DNA from: Eledone cirrhosa
Lineage: Eukaryota
DNA length: 64,000 nucleotides
NCBI GenBank assembly: GCA_964016885.1
Contig: OZ024760.1
Location: 4,526,001 to 4,590,000 of the forward strand
Reading direction: 5' to 3'
Position numbers and translations under genes: made by a program. The notes below the pieces were generated by a model that saw only the letters and a list, made by a program, of their open reading frames with translations, was not told where the DNA came from and searched no databases. Positions 1 through 12,101 of the stretch are shown here, piece after piece (position 1 is the first letter of the stretch; each line of letters begins with the position of its first letter).

Positions 1-381
1 TAGTATTTACATTACTCTATATATACTATTGTATTTTTGTGGTAAAGGCTTTATCTTACATAATTCTCTCACATGATATCAAGTCTACGAGATTTTGATA
101 TTTATTTTGAGAACAATACCTAAACATCAATATGAGCGGCCAGTTACAGCTGGTTTGAATAGAAAGAGGTGAGACAATTCTGGACGAATATGGACGGTTT
201 AAATGCTAAAAGGTGAATGAAATAATTAAGTTTAGTAAATTCTTCATTAATTGAAATAGTATTTCATTAGAAATATTGCCAGGAAGGGGTTAAAGGATAT
301 CTACCATAAAGAAAACACTTAAATAGACGTACGTATGTTTAGTAGATGATGATAATGATATTTTGTTGTTTTTGTTTCCAG

Positions 382-423
382 GCAAATTAAATAAATCAAT
401 AGAACATTTAAAAGACAGTACAG
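382..423 (+). CDS. NASP: NASP exon (KLNKSIEHLKDST)
   Basis: ttccag|...|gtaagt; phase fits next exon. Confidence 0.8.
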
Positions 424-3400
424 GTAAGTTGTTTGTTTGCTGTTGTTCTATATGGGAATAAATATATATTTATATTTTATAATATAAATAAATATATATT
501 TTTTTATTTTACTATATTTATATATATGTATCATTTGATATTTGATATACTATTATATCATATATATATATATATATATACATACAATATTATAATAATA
601 TAAATAAATTTGTAGTATCCTCCCACCGCCCCATAGGCCTCAAGTGGTACCCCCACTTTGAGAACCTTTTGTCTAAACAATGTCTTTGTTCAAGTTTCAA
701 ATGAAATCTTGTTGGAAATATTCCTCTTTCATTGTTCTGGTGTCAATAAAACTCTGGTACCAGTTATATACTAGGTTATTGATGTAGCCAACTATAAACT
801 CTTCTACACCACTTTAAACAATTAGCCATGTTATTTAACATTTCTTTCGTTTTATTTTCCAGAAACTGCTGATGTTGAAACTGTATATAATGCTAGGACT
901 GAGATCAAAGAATTAGAAGAAATAATTCCAGATATCACACAAAAGGTAGAAGGATCTTTGGAGTGTTATTCACTTTAACCCTTTAGTATTTAAACTGGCT
1001 GTAGCCGACCGCAATTCTCTCGCCTCTTTCTTTTCAAAGCGGCTGTAACTGGTCACTCATACCAATGTTTAGGTATTGTTCTCAAAATAAATAACATCAA
1101 AATCTCGTAGCTTCGATAAAATGTGAGATAAAGCTTGTTGTATTTTATAGGTTTCTTGGGTGTTTTAATGATAGGGATCGCAGTCTATTTTAAAATTAAT
1201 TGAAACAAACGGTATATTTCATAAGAAATACAGTAATTAAAGTGTTAACCCATTTGCTTTTAAACGGCCATGTCCGGCCAGAATTCTCTCAACTCTTTCT
1301 GTTCAAACCGGCTGTACGTGGCCACTTATACTGATGTTAAGGTATTGTTCTCAAAATAAATTTCAAAATCTCATAAATTTAATATTATGTGAGATAAAGG
1401 CTTTACCATGAAAATACAATAGTATATATCAAGTAATGTAAGTGCTAAAGGGTTAAAATTAATTGAAACCCAAACAGTATTTCATAAGAAATACAGTAAC
1501 TAAAGGGTTGTCCCTTTAGCATTTATACCGACCATTCATACTGATGTTAAAGTATTGTTCTCAAAATAAATAACATCAAAATCTCGTAGCTTCGATATTA
1601 TGTGAGAATATAACAGTGAATATAACCATGAAAATTTAACAGTATATATAATATAACTGCTTAAGGGTTAAATGTGTACATTGTAATAAACATACACAAA
1701 AATTTATTTCTATTTTTCATTTCAGATTACAGATACAGTTGAAGAAAAGAAAACTGTTGCGGATTTGAAGGCTTTTGCTAAAAAGGAGGCTGCTGAGAAA
1801 ATGGTAGGTTGTTGTGGTTGTGGTATAACAAACAGTTGTCATTAATACCTTGTATGTCAGACATGACAACCTCCCTAGTGCTGCTGCCACAGTAAAATGC
1901 ACTTTAAACAAGTAAAGATACTATAAACATTTGAATTAATAAACCTGCTTTAAAATATTTTCTGCTAAATCATTACAGAATGTTAAGAATTAAATGTGAA
2001 AAATTCTCTCAGTGCTCTTATTCTCACTCTCTCTCAACGCTCTTCCCTCACTCAGTGCTCTCACTTTCTCTCTCAACGCTCTTCCCTCATTCAGTGCTCT
2101 CACTTTCTCTCTCAACGCTCTTCCCTCATTCAGTGCTCTCACTTTCTCTCTCAACACTTTTCCCTCACTCAGTGCTCTCACTTTCTCTCTCAACACTCTT
2201 CCCTCACTCAGTGCTCTCACTTTCTCTCTCAACACTCTTCCCTCACTCAGTGCTCTCACTTTCTCTCTCAACACTCTTCCCTCACTCAGTGCTCTCACTT
2301 TCTCTCTCAACACTCTTCCCTCACTCAGTGCTCTCACTTTCTCTCTCAACACTCTTCCCTCACTCAGTGCTCTCACTTTCTCTCTCAACACTCTTCCCTC
2401 ACTCAGTGCTCTCACTTTCTCTCTCAACACTCTTCCCTCACTCAGTGCTCTCACTTTCTCTCTCAACACTCTTCCCTCACTCAGTGCTCTCACTTTCTCT
2501 CTCAACACTCTTCCCTCACTCAGTGCTCTCACTTTCTCTCTCAACACTCTTCCCTCACTCAGTGCTCTCACTTTCTCTCTCAACGCTCTTCCCTCACTCA
2601 GTGCTCTCACTCTCTCACCATTAATTGTTGTCTTCTCTATTCAATTCAGATGTCCAGTGCTCTCATGGCTGGTACTAGTACCTCTGGGTTTGGTTGTCCC
2701 AGCAGCAGCAGTAGTGGTGCTAGTAGTAGTACCAGTGGTGTTGGGCTCTTAGGTACCAGTGGTGCTGCTGAGGATGTGTCTAGTTCCAGTGGGTCTGTTT
2801 TAGGTAGTACAACTGGTTTCAGCAGTATCCTCCCTGTAGACCCTAAAACTTCTTCAAAGGTAAAACAGCTTTATTTATTTATTTATATATACACGCACAC
2901 ACATGCATGTGCACACTTACAGGGTGTATCAAAAAGGATCATCTGATTTCAAAAGGGTATATATATTTTTTAAACAAATGACCATATAATCATGTGGTTA
3001 GTTGTACAATACATCATCACCGTTAAGGAAATTATAATTTTAGTAAATCCTTTCCAAATTTTTCATTTATCAATTTAAATATATCATCGTTTAAAGTCTA
3101 TCTTCCACACTAGCATGAGTTAGACGGGAATTGTCCCACTCGGGGCAAGATTGGTCGGGTGACCGTATCTCGCTTGTATAGGACTATCTGGCAGGTTTTC
3201 TACGGCTAGATGCCGTTCCTAATACCAACCACATTTACAGTGTGGACTGGGAGCCTTTTTACCGTGTCTCCTATATGACCACTTTACAGCGTGGACTGGG
3301 TGCTTTTTGTCATGACCCCTACACGACCACTTGGTATATTTAATTAGAAATACAGTAACAGTTAAAACATTTGTTATTGGTTGATATCTTTACCATATGT

Positions 3401-6400
3401 ATATTATTGTTTTATAGCCTGTGAAAACAACAGATATATCTCATCTTGTACGAAGAAAAGTAAGTGTTTTTGTTGTTGTTTTTATTAATGTATTTATTTA
3501 AATTTTGTTATGAATTAATACCGTTTTTATTTGTTTTATAATTATAATGGTTTACTATTTTATCTTAATTTTACTATGAAGTTTTCCTAACCACAGCGAC
3601 CTTACATCCTTCGTAAAGAATTGGCTAACAAATTCTTTGTTCCTAACCTTATTAAAATGAATTTAAAAAAAAAATTACTTTGAATATCAGAATTGTTATA
3701 GCAGCATACAAAATACCTTGTATTTATTTCCATCCTTTTAAATTCAATTTCTGCTGAAGTCAAGTTCACCTTTTGATATTTCTAGAATTCAGATTTTTTT
3801 ATATCTATCTAGCTAAAAGTGGTGCTGGTTCAATGAAACAACTGTCCATTTTAGTGTTCCTGGTAAAATAAAAATCTTCCAATGTAATTTATATCTTCTT
3901 TGTCCACTTATTCCTGGGAGGGTTGTGGGGGCAGTCCTCAAACACTCCTTCCAGCGCGTCCTGTCAGAAGCAACCATCTCCAACTGATCCAAACTCATGG
4001 CTGTTATCCAACAATCCTGCTCAAGGTCTACTCCTGGGTCTCTTGCCAGTTGGTTTTGTTCGTAAAATCTATCCAGCGTTTCTTTTCTGAGACATTCTAA
4101 CCACATGTCCATAGTATTGGAGCTGTGATCTCTCAATTCGGAGAAGTAGTGGCTCTACCTGGAGTGGCTATCTGATCTCTGAGCTACACACTTTATAATT
4201 TTATATAAAAATCATATATTCAGTTACTACTTTAGAAATGAAATAATTATTCTTGTAAATCCTTCAAAATTTATCATTGACCCTTTTTATATCAAACCGG
4301 CTTGTTCTGGTTCTATGAAACAAAACAACTCATTTTAAGAGTTCCTGTTTAACCCTTTAGCATTTAAACCACCTGTATGCGGCCAGAACTCTCTCGCCTC
4401 TTTCTGTTTAAACCGGTCGTAACCGGCTGCTTATACTGAGATTAAGGTATTGTTCTCAAAATAAATATGAAAATCTTATAGATTTGATATTATGTGAGAT
4501 AAAGCCTTTACCATGAAAATGCAATAGTAAATATTGTAGAGTAATGTAAATTAACATCTTGCAGTATAATTTTATATAAGAAACATATGTTAAGTTAGTC
4601 TCTTACAAATGAAATAAATGATTAATAATTTTAGTCAATCTCTTACAATATTTTTAATTAATGAAGAATTTTAACGAGATATGTTAATGAAACAGTACTG
4701 ATTGCTATTATTTACCCCCCCCCCCCCGGGCTTGTATCTGTTTTAAATTCCTATTTACATGGATACACACTTCAGTTTACCACAGTGGAAGTTTCTTTTG
4801 GTATATATATATAGTTGAGATCCCTCCTTGGTTTCATATCTATTTAGTTACCAGCCATGTTCTGGGTTTGATTAAATCAACTACATGACCCCTTCCCCAA
4901 TCTGACTGCTGCTTTCTTTGGTCACCCTCCATCTTCTCAAATCGGACTGCCTCTTTTCTACCACTTTCCTGGGTCCCTGGGGAAAATTTGTGACCTTGTC
5001 AGAATTGGAAACCACTTTCATGTTCTAAACTAAGTTTTAACTTATACAAAATAGAGGTGGAGCGGTAAGGGGGAGCACTATGTTGGTGGTTATCAAATGA
5101 TGTTCAGATTGATAGGAAAATATGGACTGGGTGTCGTGCTGTGTTCTTGAGCAACTTGCTTTCACGTTGCTTTTCATGATAGGTCTTAGGACCCCTATCA
5201 TTAAACCTCCTCAAGAAAGCTCCCATAAGATGCAACTTAAATGAGCTGTAATAATGGATAGCAGTGGGGCCCCTATCCTTGAAAACTCCCATGAGATTCA
5301 ACTTCATAGGGGACCAGCTAAACTTACATAGATGTGAGCTATACATGATAGGATTGGTGTTCATATCATTTAAAAACTCCCCATGAGATTCAACCTCATA
5401 GGGGACCAGCTATAACTTTAACTATTAACTAAATCAGCTAGGTTACCTTAACCATCTGGCTTGCTCTGTTGGCAGCGAAAACCTGATACAGAAGACAGTT
5501 CAGTGGAAAAAAAACAGAAATCTGAAAGTTCGGTTGATAACACAGTGTCATTGACATCAACTACAACAACGTCGCCATCATCATCATCATCATCTTCATC
5601 AAAAGCTGAACAGAAAGACTCTAACAGTGAGCCAGCCCCAAGCAATAAGGTAGTTTAAACTGTGACCACCTGTTATCAATATTGTCTCATTGTTGTCATC
5701 ACTTTAGCATTGCTTATATCTCTTACACTTCTTGCCAGCTTTCCATCTGTTGTCATCCTTTCTGTGTGTTTGTATTTTGTTTTAGTATTGTTTCTTTTTC
5801 ACTTATATCTTTAGTGTTGGTCATTTCTGGAGGGTATCACGTCTGTTTTCCTTCCCACCTCTTATAAAAAAAATTTTTTTTTTTTCCTTTTTCCTTTTTC
5901 CTTTTTCCTTTTTCCTTTTTCCTTTTTCCTTTTTCCTTTTTCCTTTTTCCTTTTTCCTTTTTCCTTTTTCCTTTTTCCTTTTTCCTTTTTCCTTTTTCTT
6001 TATTAATTTGCTCACTTATATTTCTCTGAATTACTACCATTTGTAAAATATAGGGTCTCTGGTTTTATCAGAAGTGCACTAGGGACCTTCTGCTCTTGTG
6101 GTCTAGTTTGATCTGTTGGTCAAAGCACATAGAGACCTTTCCACTATTGCCACTCAAGTCAGTAACTCATGGTTGACTGCTGGTCCTCATGGCTAGATCA
6201 CAATTGTCAGTATGTTCCATTATTCCAAGTTATGCTCTGTCCTTAGCCTGTCTATGTACCCCTAAATGTTTTAACATTTCCACATGCTAATTATTCCATC
6301 CTCATGGTTTATCTCTCCCTTCACATGAATCATTGCAAAATTTTGAGTGATTTAAGATTAAAATTAAAATAAAACACATTTTTAATATTTGTTACTAATG

Positions 6401-6402
6401 TT

Positions 6403-6439
<37 letters not shown>

Positions 6440-7852
6440 CTGTTGCCTTAATTAACTTTATCTAATCTCACACAATTAACTACAAAATTTTAATTGCAGT
6501 CACTTTTTTTTTTTTTTTTTTTTTTCATTAAAGAATTATTTTTTTTTTAACCCTTTAATTGCCATATTTTTGAGATTTATTTCATATACTTACAAATTAT
6601 TTTTGAATAAATCTGGGTGCATTTCATAAATGTTAGTAAGGTGGTGTTTGGAACATACCTTAAACACCTTAATATATTATGAGAGAAAATATGACAGTTT
6701 TAGTTTAAATCTACTAAATGAAATTGTGTTGTAGAACAATGGGGTTAAATGTAAACTGTCTAAAATAGGAAGTTTTGTTATTAAAAATGGGGCTAAAATG
6801 GGAAGTTGTATCATTAAAATAAAGGGCTAAATCATTTTAAAATGGAAAGTTTTGTCATAGATCAAGTGGTGGTTTTAGGCGGGTTAGTATGAAATGGGTT
6901 TAGTCACCACCAACAGTCAGTGGGGTATCATCTAACGGAATCTTATCACAGGAACTACGGTGTCCATGTCTGCAATCCATCTTACTGTCAATAGGTACTA
7001 CCATAATATGGTACATGTCACTGTTTAAGCTAGTGACAGTACTGTTCAAAGGATTAAAGGTCCCTGTTAAGTTGCAGACCAAGGGCCCTGATTGACCAGC
7101 AAGAGACGGGATGCCATTATTGTGTTCAACATTTAAACCGGCCGTATCTGGCCAGAATTCTCTCACCTGTTTCTGTTCAAACTGGCTGCCACTGGCCACT
7201 CATACCGACGTTAAAGTATTGTTCTCAAAATGAATATCAAAATTTCATAGATTCTATATTATGTGAGATAATTATATGCGATAAAGCCTTCACCATAAAA
7301 ATCCAATAGTAAATATAGAGTAATGTAAATGTTAAGCCCATGTTTTCATGAACAGGATTGAAATATGCAGCTGGGTTGGAAGTGGTATCATGACTGGCTG
7401 TGTTCACGAGTATTAGAAGGCGCAGCAACTGTAGCTGTGTAAAATATACGCAGCAGTCAGCTGATTAACCCTTTAGCATTTACATTCCTCTATATATATA
7501 TACTATTGTATTTTCAGAGATAAACACTTTATCTCGCATAATATCGAATCTACAAAATCTTGATATTATTTATTTTGAGAACAATAGCTTATCAGTATGA
7601 GCGGCTGGTTACAGCCAGTTTGAACAGGCAGAGGTGAGAGAATTCTAGTTGGATACGGCCGGTTTAAATGCTTGGGTTAAACAATTTAAAAAATATTTTA
7701 TCAGAGTACTGTTGCTATTTTTTTTTTAAAACTTTTATTTTTTAATACACTTGTTTATCGCTTTTTATTTTTTTAATTTTTTTATTAAGGAACCTGTTGC
7801 AAAGGAGACAAAACCATCTGGTGCCAATGGTGAAACACCTTCTACAACTTAG
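382..7852 (+). CDS. NASP: Nuclear autoantigenic sperm protein (H3/H4 histone chaperone), 3' part; 7 exons: 382-423, 863-945, 1726-1803, 2650-2859, 3418-3459, 5476-5649, 7790-7852; 5' exons lie upstream of the window
   Basis: All introns are GT-AG with matching phases. The translation includes EIKELEEIIPDITQKITD (NASP: EIEELKELLPEIREKIED), TSTSGFG and TDISHLVRRKRKP (NASP C-terminal signature/NLS TDISHLVRKKRKP). Confidence 0.93.
863..945 (+). CDS. NASP: NASP exon (ETADVETVYNARTEIKELEEIIPDITQK)
   Basis: ttccag|...|gtagaa; conserved coiled-coil motif. Confidence 0.92.
1245..1456 (+). mobile_element. piggyBac-type MITE (neighbouring copies 1-215, 976-1140, 1511-1671)
   Basis: TTAA flanks, TIR CCCTTTAGCATTTA. 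Confidence 0.8.
1726..1803 (+). CDS. NASP: NASP exon (ITDTVEEKKTVADLKAFAKKEAAEKM)
   Basis: tttcag|...|gtaggt, phase 0/0. Confidence 0.9.
2005..2617 (+). repeat. 39-bp pyrimidine-rich minisatellite, about 15.5 copies (CTCAGTGCTCTCACTTTCTCTCTCAACACTCTTCCCTCA)
   Basis: directly visible; 13-aa periodicity in the ORF track. Confidence 0.98.
2650..2859 (+). CDS. NASP: NASP exon (MSSALMAGTSTSGFG...PKTSSK)
   Basis: attcag|...|gtaaaa; S/G-rich region with SGFG. Confidence 0.87.
3418..3459 (+). CDS. NASP: NASP exon (PVKTTDISHLVRRK)
   Basis: ttatag|...|gtaagt; hallmark DISHLVR motif. Confidence 0.95.
5476..5649 (+). CDS. NASP: NASP exon (RKPDTEDSSVEKKQKSE...PSNK)
   Basis: ggcag|...|gtagtt; completes the bipartite NLS-like RRKRKP..KKQK. 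Confidence 0.88.
5881..5998 (+). repeat. (TTTTTCC)n heptamer microsatellite
   Basis: directly visible. Confidence 0.95.
7465..7680 (-). mobile_element. piggyBac-type MITE (also 4349-4553, 7130-7335, 9050-9232)
   Basis: TTAA + CCCTTTAGCATT TIR, shared core GGCCAGAATTCTCTCACCTC. Confidence 0.8.
7790..7852 (+). CDS. NASP: NASP terminal exon (EPVAKETKPSGANGETPSTT*)
   Basis: T-rich tract + aag acceptor, phase 0, TAG at 7850-7852; AATAAA near 8164. Confidence 0.75.
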   Translation, partial: EPVAKETKPSGANGETPSTT

Positions 7853-8111
7853 TGGAAAAACATTTAACTTGTAATTTCTTCCATCTTCTCCAACTCTGGT
7901 ATTTGGTTCTTTGTCACTTGTTGAGGTGGGAAGACAACCGGTTCCTCTCTGCCTTTGTTCTTGTTGTTGTTGTTATTGTGTTACCAGGCAATAACTGTTC
8001 CTCCACCCCAACCATTCTAGAAATATTTCACTAATGAAAAGAAAAAAAAAAGCTTTACACCAATTCACAATCATGTTTTCATCATTGCATCCAAAAACAG
8101 TTTCCTTGCAG

Positions 8112-8152
<41 letters not shown>

Positions 8153-10304
8153 TTCTTTAGATAATAAATGTTTTTTTTTTTTTTTTTTTTTTTCTTCCCA
8201 AAATTTCAATTTTGTTGCCCTTTTGAAATTTATTTTAGTTTATTTTGATTTCTTTTTAAAAAAAAAAAAAAAAAAAGGTTAATTTTCTGTTTCTTGAAGG
8301 TTCATGGCCTTTGTTGGTGTGACCCCTGGACTGGGTGATCTGTTTCAAGTTCCTTTTCATGATAGGGCCCTAACATTAATCCTCTTGGTGCTGTTGACGA
8401 CATAAGTAGGCAATAGAATAATCTCCCTTTAATACATAAGTGTCAAAGGGAAGCAATTCATAAAAACAAGTTCAGCCTTCTAATATGATGCATCTTCACA
8501 AGGTTAAGCTAAACCTGTATATATGTGAGCTGTAAATTTCAGTTTCAACGTTCTATGTTTATTGTTTATATATAATGTTGCTGTTTAAATTGTGATATAA
8601 TATGTAATATATTGCTGTTTAAATTGTGATGAAATTAATTAATACTTTTCATGTTTGGCTCCAGATTTCATAAAATGTATTTAATATAAATGGGGAAATG
8701 TGGTTTAAGTAATTTTTGGCTGTTATTATAGCTTGTTAGTTGTACAACTACATAGTTGCCTCACTCACTGCTAATAAGGGTGGCAAGAAAAACCTTGTAT
8801 AGTCAAACTTTAGAGTAGAATATTATTAGAGTATCACAATATGAATTGGACTTTATTGAAATGGCTATAAATGCATTGTTTGAGTTAGAAACAATTCTGA
8901 GTTATGAGGAGTCAAAATGTGAGTGCATTTTTGGGTGACACCAAAAGAGTAAGATTAAAAAACAAAAAGGAGCTTAACATTAGATAACCGAATGCCACAA
9001 GTTGTTTGGTCAAATGTTCTTGGCGTTTTTGATACTCGGTACCCTCAGATAACCCTTACTCTATATTTGCTATTGTATTTTCGTGGTGAAGGCTTTACAT
9101 AACATAATTATCTCACATAATATCAATCTCGGATTTAATATTATGTTGAGAACAAAAATGAGTTATGGCCAGTTTGACAGAAAGAGGTGAGAGAATTCTG
9201 GCCGGACACCTGGTTTAAATGCTAAAAGGTTGATCTGTAAAACATAATACATTGGGGTTGAGAAGTTCACTTCCAAATCCTGTCTTTCCTGGTTTGATCC
9301 TATTATGTGGCACCTTAGGCAAGTGCTTTCTACAACCTCAAGTTGACCAATACCTTTGTGGATGAAATTTGGCATATGGAAAACTGCCCAGTCTGTATGA
9401 CATCATTTTATGTCCATTTTTTTTTTCCATGCTGACATGAGTTGGACAGGTTATAACGGTCCTAATCAGTTATATTCAGGATAGATCATATCCTTATGTA
9501 CTAATTTGTTTGTGTGTGTAGGTATGTATTCACAAATGTTAGGAATCAAAACATCAAATGTTTGGTTTTTTTTTTTTTTTTGTTTTTTGTTTTTTTTTTT
9601 GTTTTTTTTGTGCTTCTCAATAGGCTTAGTCCAGAACCATAATTCATATCTTTTACATTTGTAAAGTGGTCGTGTAGATTACACAACAAAAAGCACCCAG
9701 TCCACTGTAAATGTGGTTGGTGTTAGGAAGAGCATCCAGCTGTAGAAAACCTGCCAGAAACATTTCTGTACGAGCGAGACAGTCTCCCTACCAAACTTGC
9801 CTCAAGTGGGACAATCCCATCTAACCCATGCTAGCGTGGAAGATGGACATTAAACGATGATGATATATATATAGAGGGAGAGCTTGGTCATAGGAAGGGC
9901 ATCTAGCCATAAAAAATTTGCCAAACAAAGTATTGGAAGGACTTTTCAGTTGTGTCAAAGACATAACTTCACTAGTGTTGACACTTTGTTAAAATGCATT
10001 TGGTAAATCACAGGATTATAATTCAGGGACCCTGGTTTGTCAGAACGATTCATAAAGTACAGGAACATATATAAGTGTGATGTATGGCCCTGCTTGAATA
10101 CTGACCAATCTATGACAACCTCTTCAAAACTTTGTTTAACTTTTTTTTTCTGCTAGCATTGATATATTTGTATGGTGTCACAGTAAAATATACGCAGTAC
10201 ACTCTGAAGTGGTAGTTCTGGTGTCATTAAAATGTACTCTGTAAAGTAGGATGTGTATCTATATGGATGGATACAAGTTGTAAATATAGGAGCAAAGTTG
10301 TATG

Positions 10305-10445
10305 TTAGTTTATTAAAGAACAACTACCCTGTCTCTCTCTTTGTATTTGGCTTCTTGAAATTTGGTTGAGTTCACCTGCTGGAGTTTCAGGGGGACTAAT
10401 TGATGGTGGTGGTAATGGGCCAGACTGGATGTCTTGTTGTGAGAC
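10305..10445 (-). CDS. CCDC17: CCDC17-like terminal exon ([15 protein letters not shown]...SLIN*)
   Basis: attcag acceptor, phase 0, TAA 10307-10305. Confidence 0.75.
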   Translation of the reverse strand, partial: VSQQDIQSGPLPPPSISPPETPAGELNQISRSQIQRERQGSCSLIN

Positions 10446-12064
10446 CTGAATTGAAAGAGTGGGGGAAAAAATAAATCTAGATAACTTCATACTATGTGTG
10501 AATGTATCTTGAAACACCAATCTACAAGGCTGAAAAGCTCATAAGCTAACTATGAAGAAATGGTGCTAGAGCTGTGAAATCTTGCATGCATTCATTTTAG
10601 ATCTTATTAACCCTTTAGCATTTGCTAAATATATACTATTGTATTTCTGCAGTAAAGGCTTTATCTCAAATATAGAATTTGAGATTTTGATGTTTATTTT
10701 GAGAATACCTTAACATCAATATGAGCAACCAGTTTCAACAGAAAGAGGTGAGATAATTCAGGCCAGATATAGGTGGTTTATATGCTAAAGGGTTAATAAC
10801 TGCATTGTTTCTTTCTAGTGATTGTCAAAAATTAAACCTCATTTGGTCATTCGATGAGAGTATCTTGGACAAGGTCAGCTTATGACCTTTTTAGCCAACC
10901 TTCATATATTATATCTCTATACAGCCCTTTAAGTGTCTCAGATGGTCTTGTCAACTTTTCCATGCTTGGAATAATTTGTGAAAATGCTTTATAGCCGGAT
11001 GCCCTTCCTGACAGTAACTCTTTCAGTTACTACTTACAACATGCAGGGATAAGGTTGCCTGTTCTAAAAACCTGGATACACACATCTATGTATCTGTACA
11101 GCCCTTTAGATATCTGCCCATCATGTGAATATTACAATCTTTTAAAAAAAAAGTTCTCACTTCTCTAATTCTTTCTCAAAGAGTTCAGGTGTGTTCCGAC
11201 CGAGAAAGTGACGAGCTATGTTAGGTTTAAAATGACCAAGATACACTGTCCAAGTAGGACCCACTACAACTTAATCAGGAGTTATGGGCTCTTTCCACAT
11301 AGCTTACCTGATAGAACTGCCTGTAGAGTGGTCTATCATAAAGGCTTTGGGATAAAATTTCTTGGTTCAAATTCTGAATCTCGTAGTAAAGCTCTGCATC
11401 TTCAAACTGTAAAGAAACAATAATATTAATGGTATAATATTGATTACTAACTTAGGCACACAATGAATTCATTGTTTAACCCTTAAGCATTTAAATCGGC
11501 CATATCTGGCCAGAATTCTCTCATCTCTTTCTGTTCAAACTGGCCGTAACCAGCCACTCGTACCGATGTTGAAGTATTGTTCTCAAAATAAATATCAAAA
11601 TCTCATAGATTCGATACTATGTGAGATAAAGTGTTTACTCTGAAAATACAATAGTAAATATAGAGTAATGTAAATGCTGAAGGGTTAATCCAGGAACCAA
11701 GGTATTTAAAATCATTAGCTCTCTTAATTTTACTTCCATCTCGTGGTTTGAGCAGATATATTTGAGATGTACTCGGTCTTGCTTTCAATGAAATGTTGGG
11801 CATTCTCCATGCCATCTACAAGTAATGTGGTAGATTTTAATTTGTTGCCAAGTTAACCCTTTCATGTATGTATGGTCCCATAATCCCTGATAGTTGTAGG
11901 GTCACTGTATTGACATACAGCATTTCTTGGGCATTTTAAGCTTGGCAGAGCCCATTCTTCTCTAGGCCTGAGTACAGCAGATATCTTCCAGAGAAAGATA
12001 GAAAGTGAGAGAAGGAATGAGGAATAGCTATAGAAGAAGAATCGACCCCAGTACTAGACTGGTA

Positions 12065-12101
<37 letters not shown>

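Noticed and set aside
1980-2752. Stand-alone 200-250 aa ORFs over the 39-bp repeat
   Set aside because: Repeat artefacts; only 2650-2859 is supported as exon.
3810-4200. ORFs 3813-4136 and 3900-4100
   Set aside because: They resemble a decayed LINE 3' end (..ASDRTRWK..) inside a NASP intron.
11690-11850. Candidate CCDC17 exon (…[11 protein letters not shown])
   Set aside because: FKYLG motif indicates a decayed LINE RT fragment, and the gene is in phase without it.
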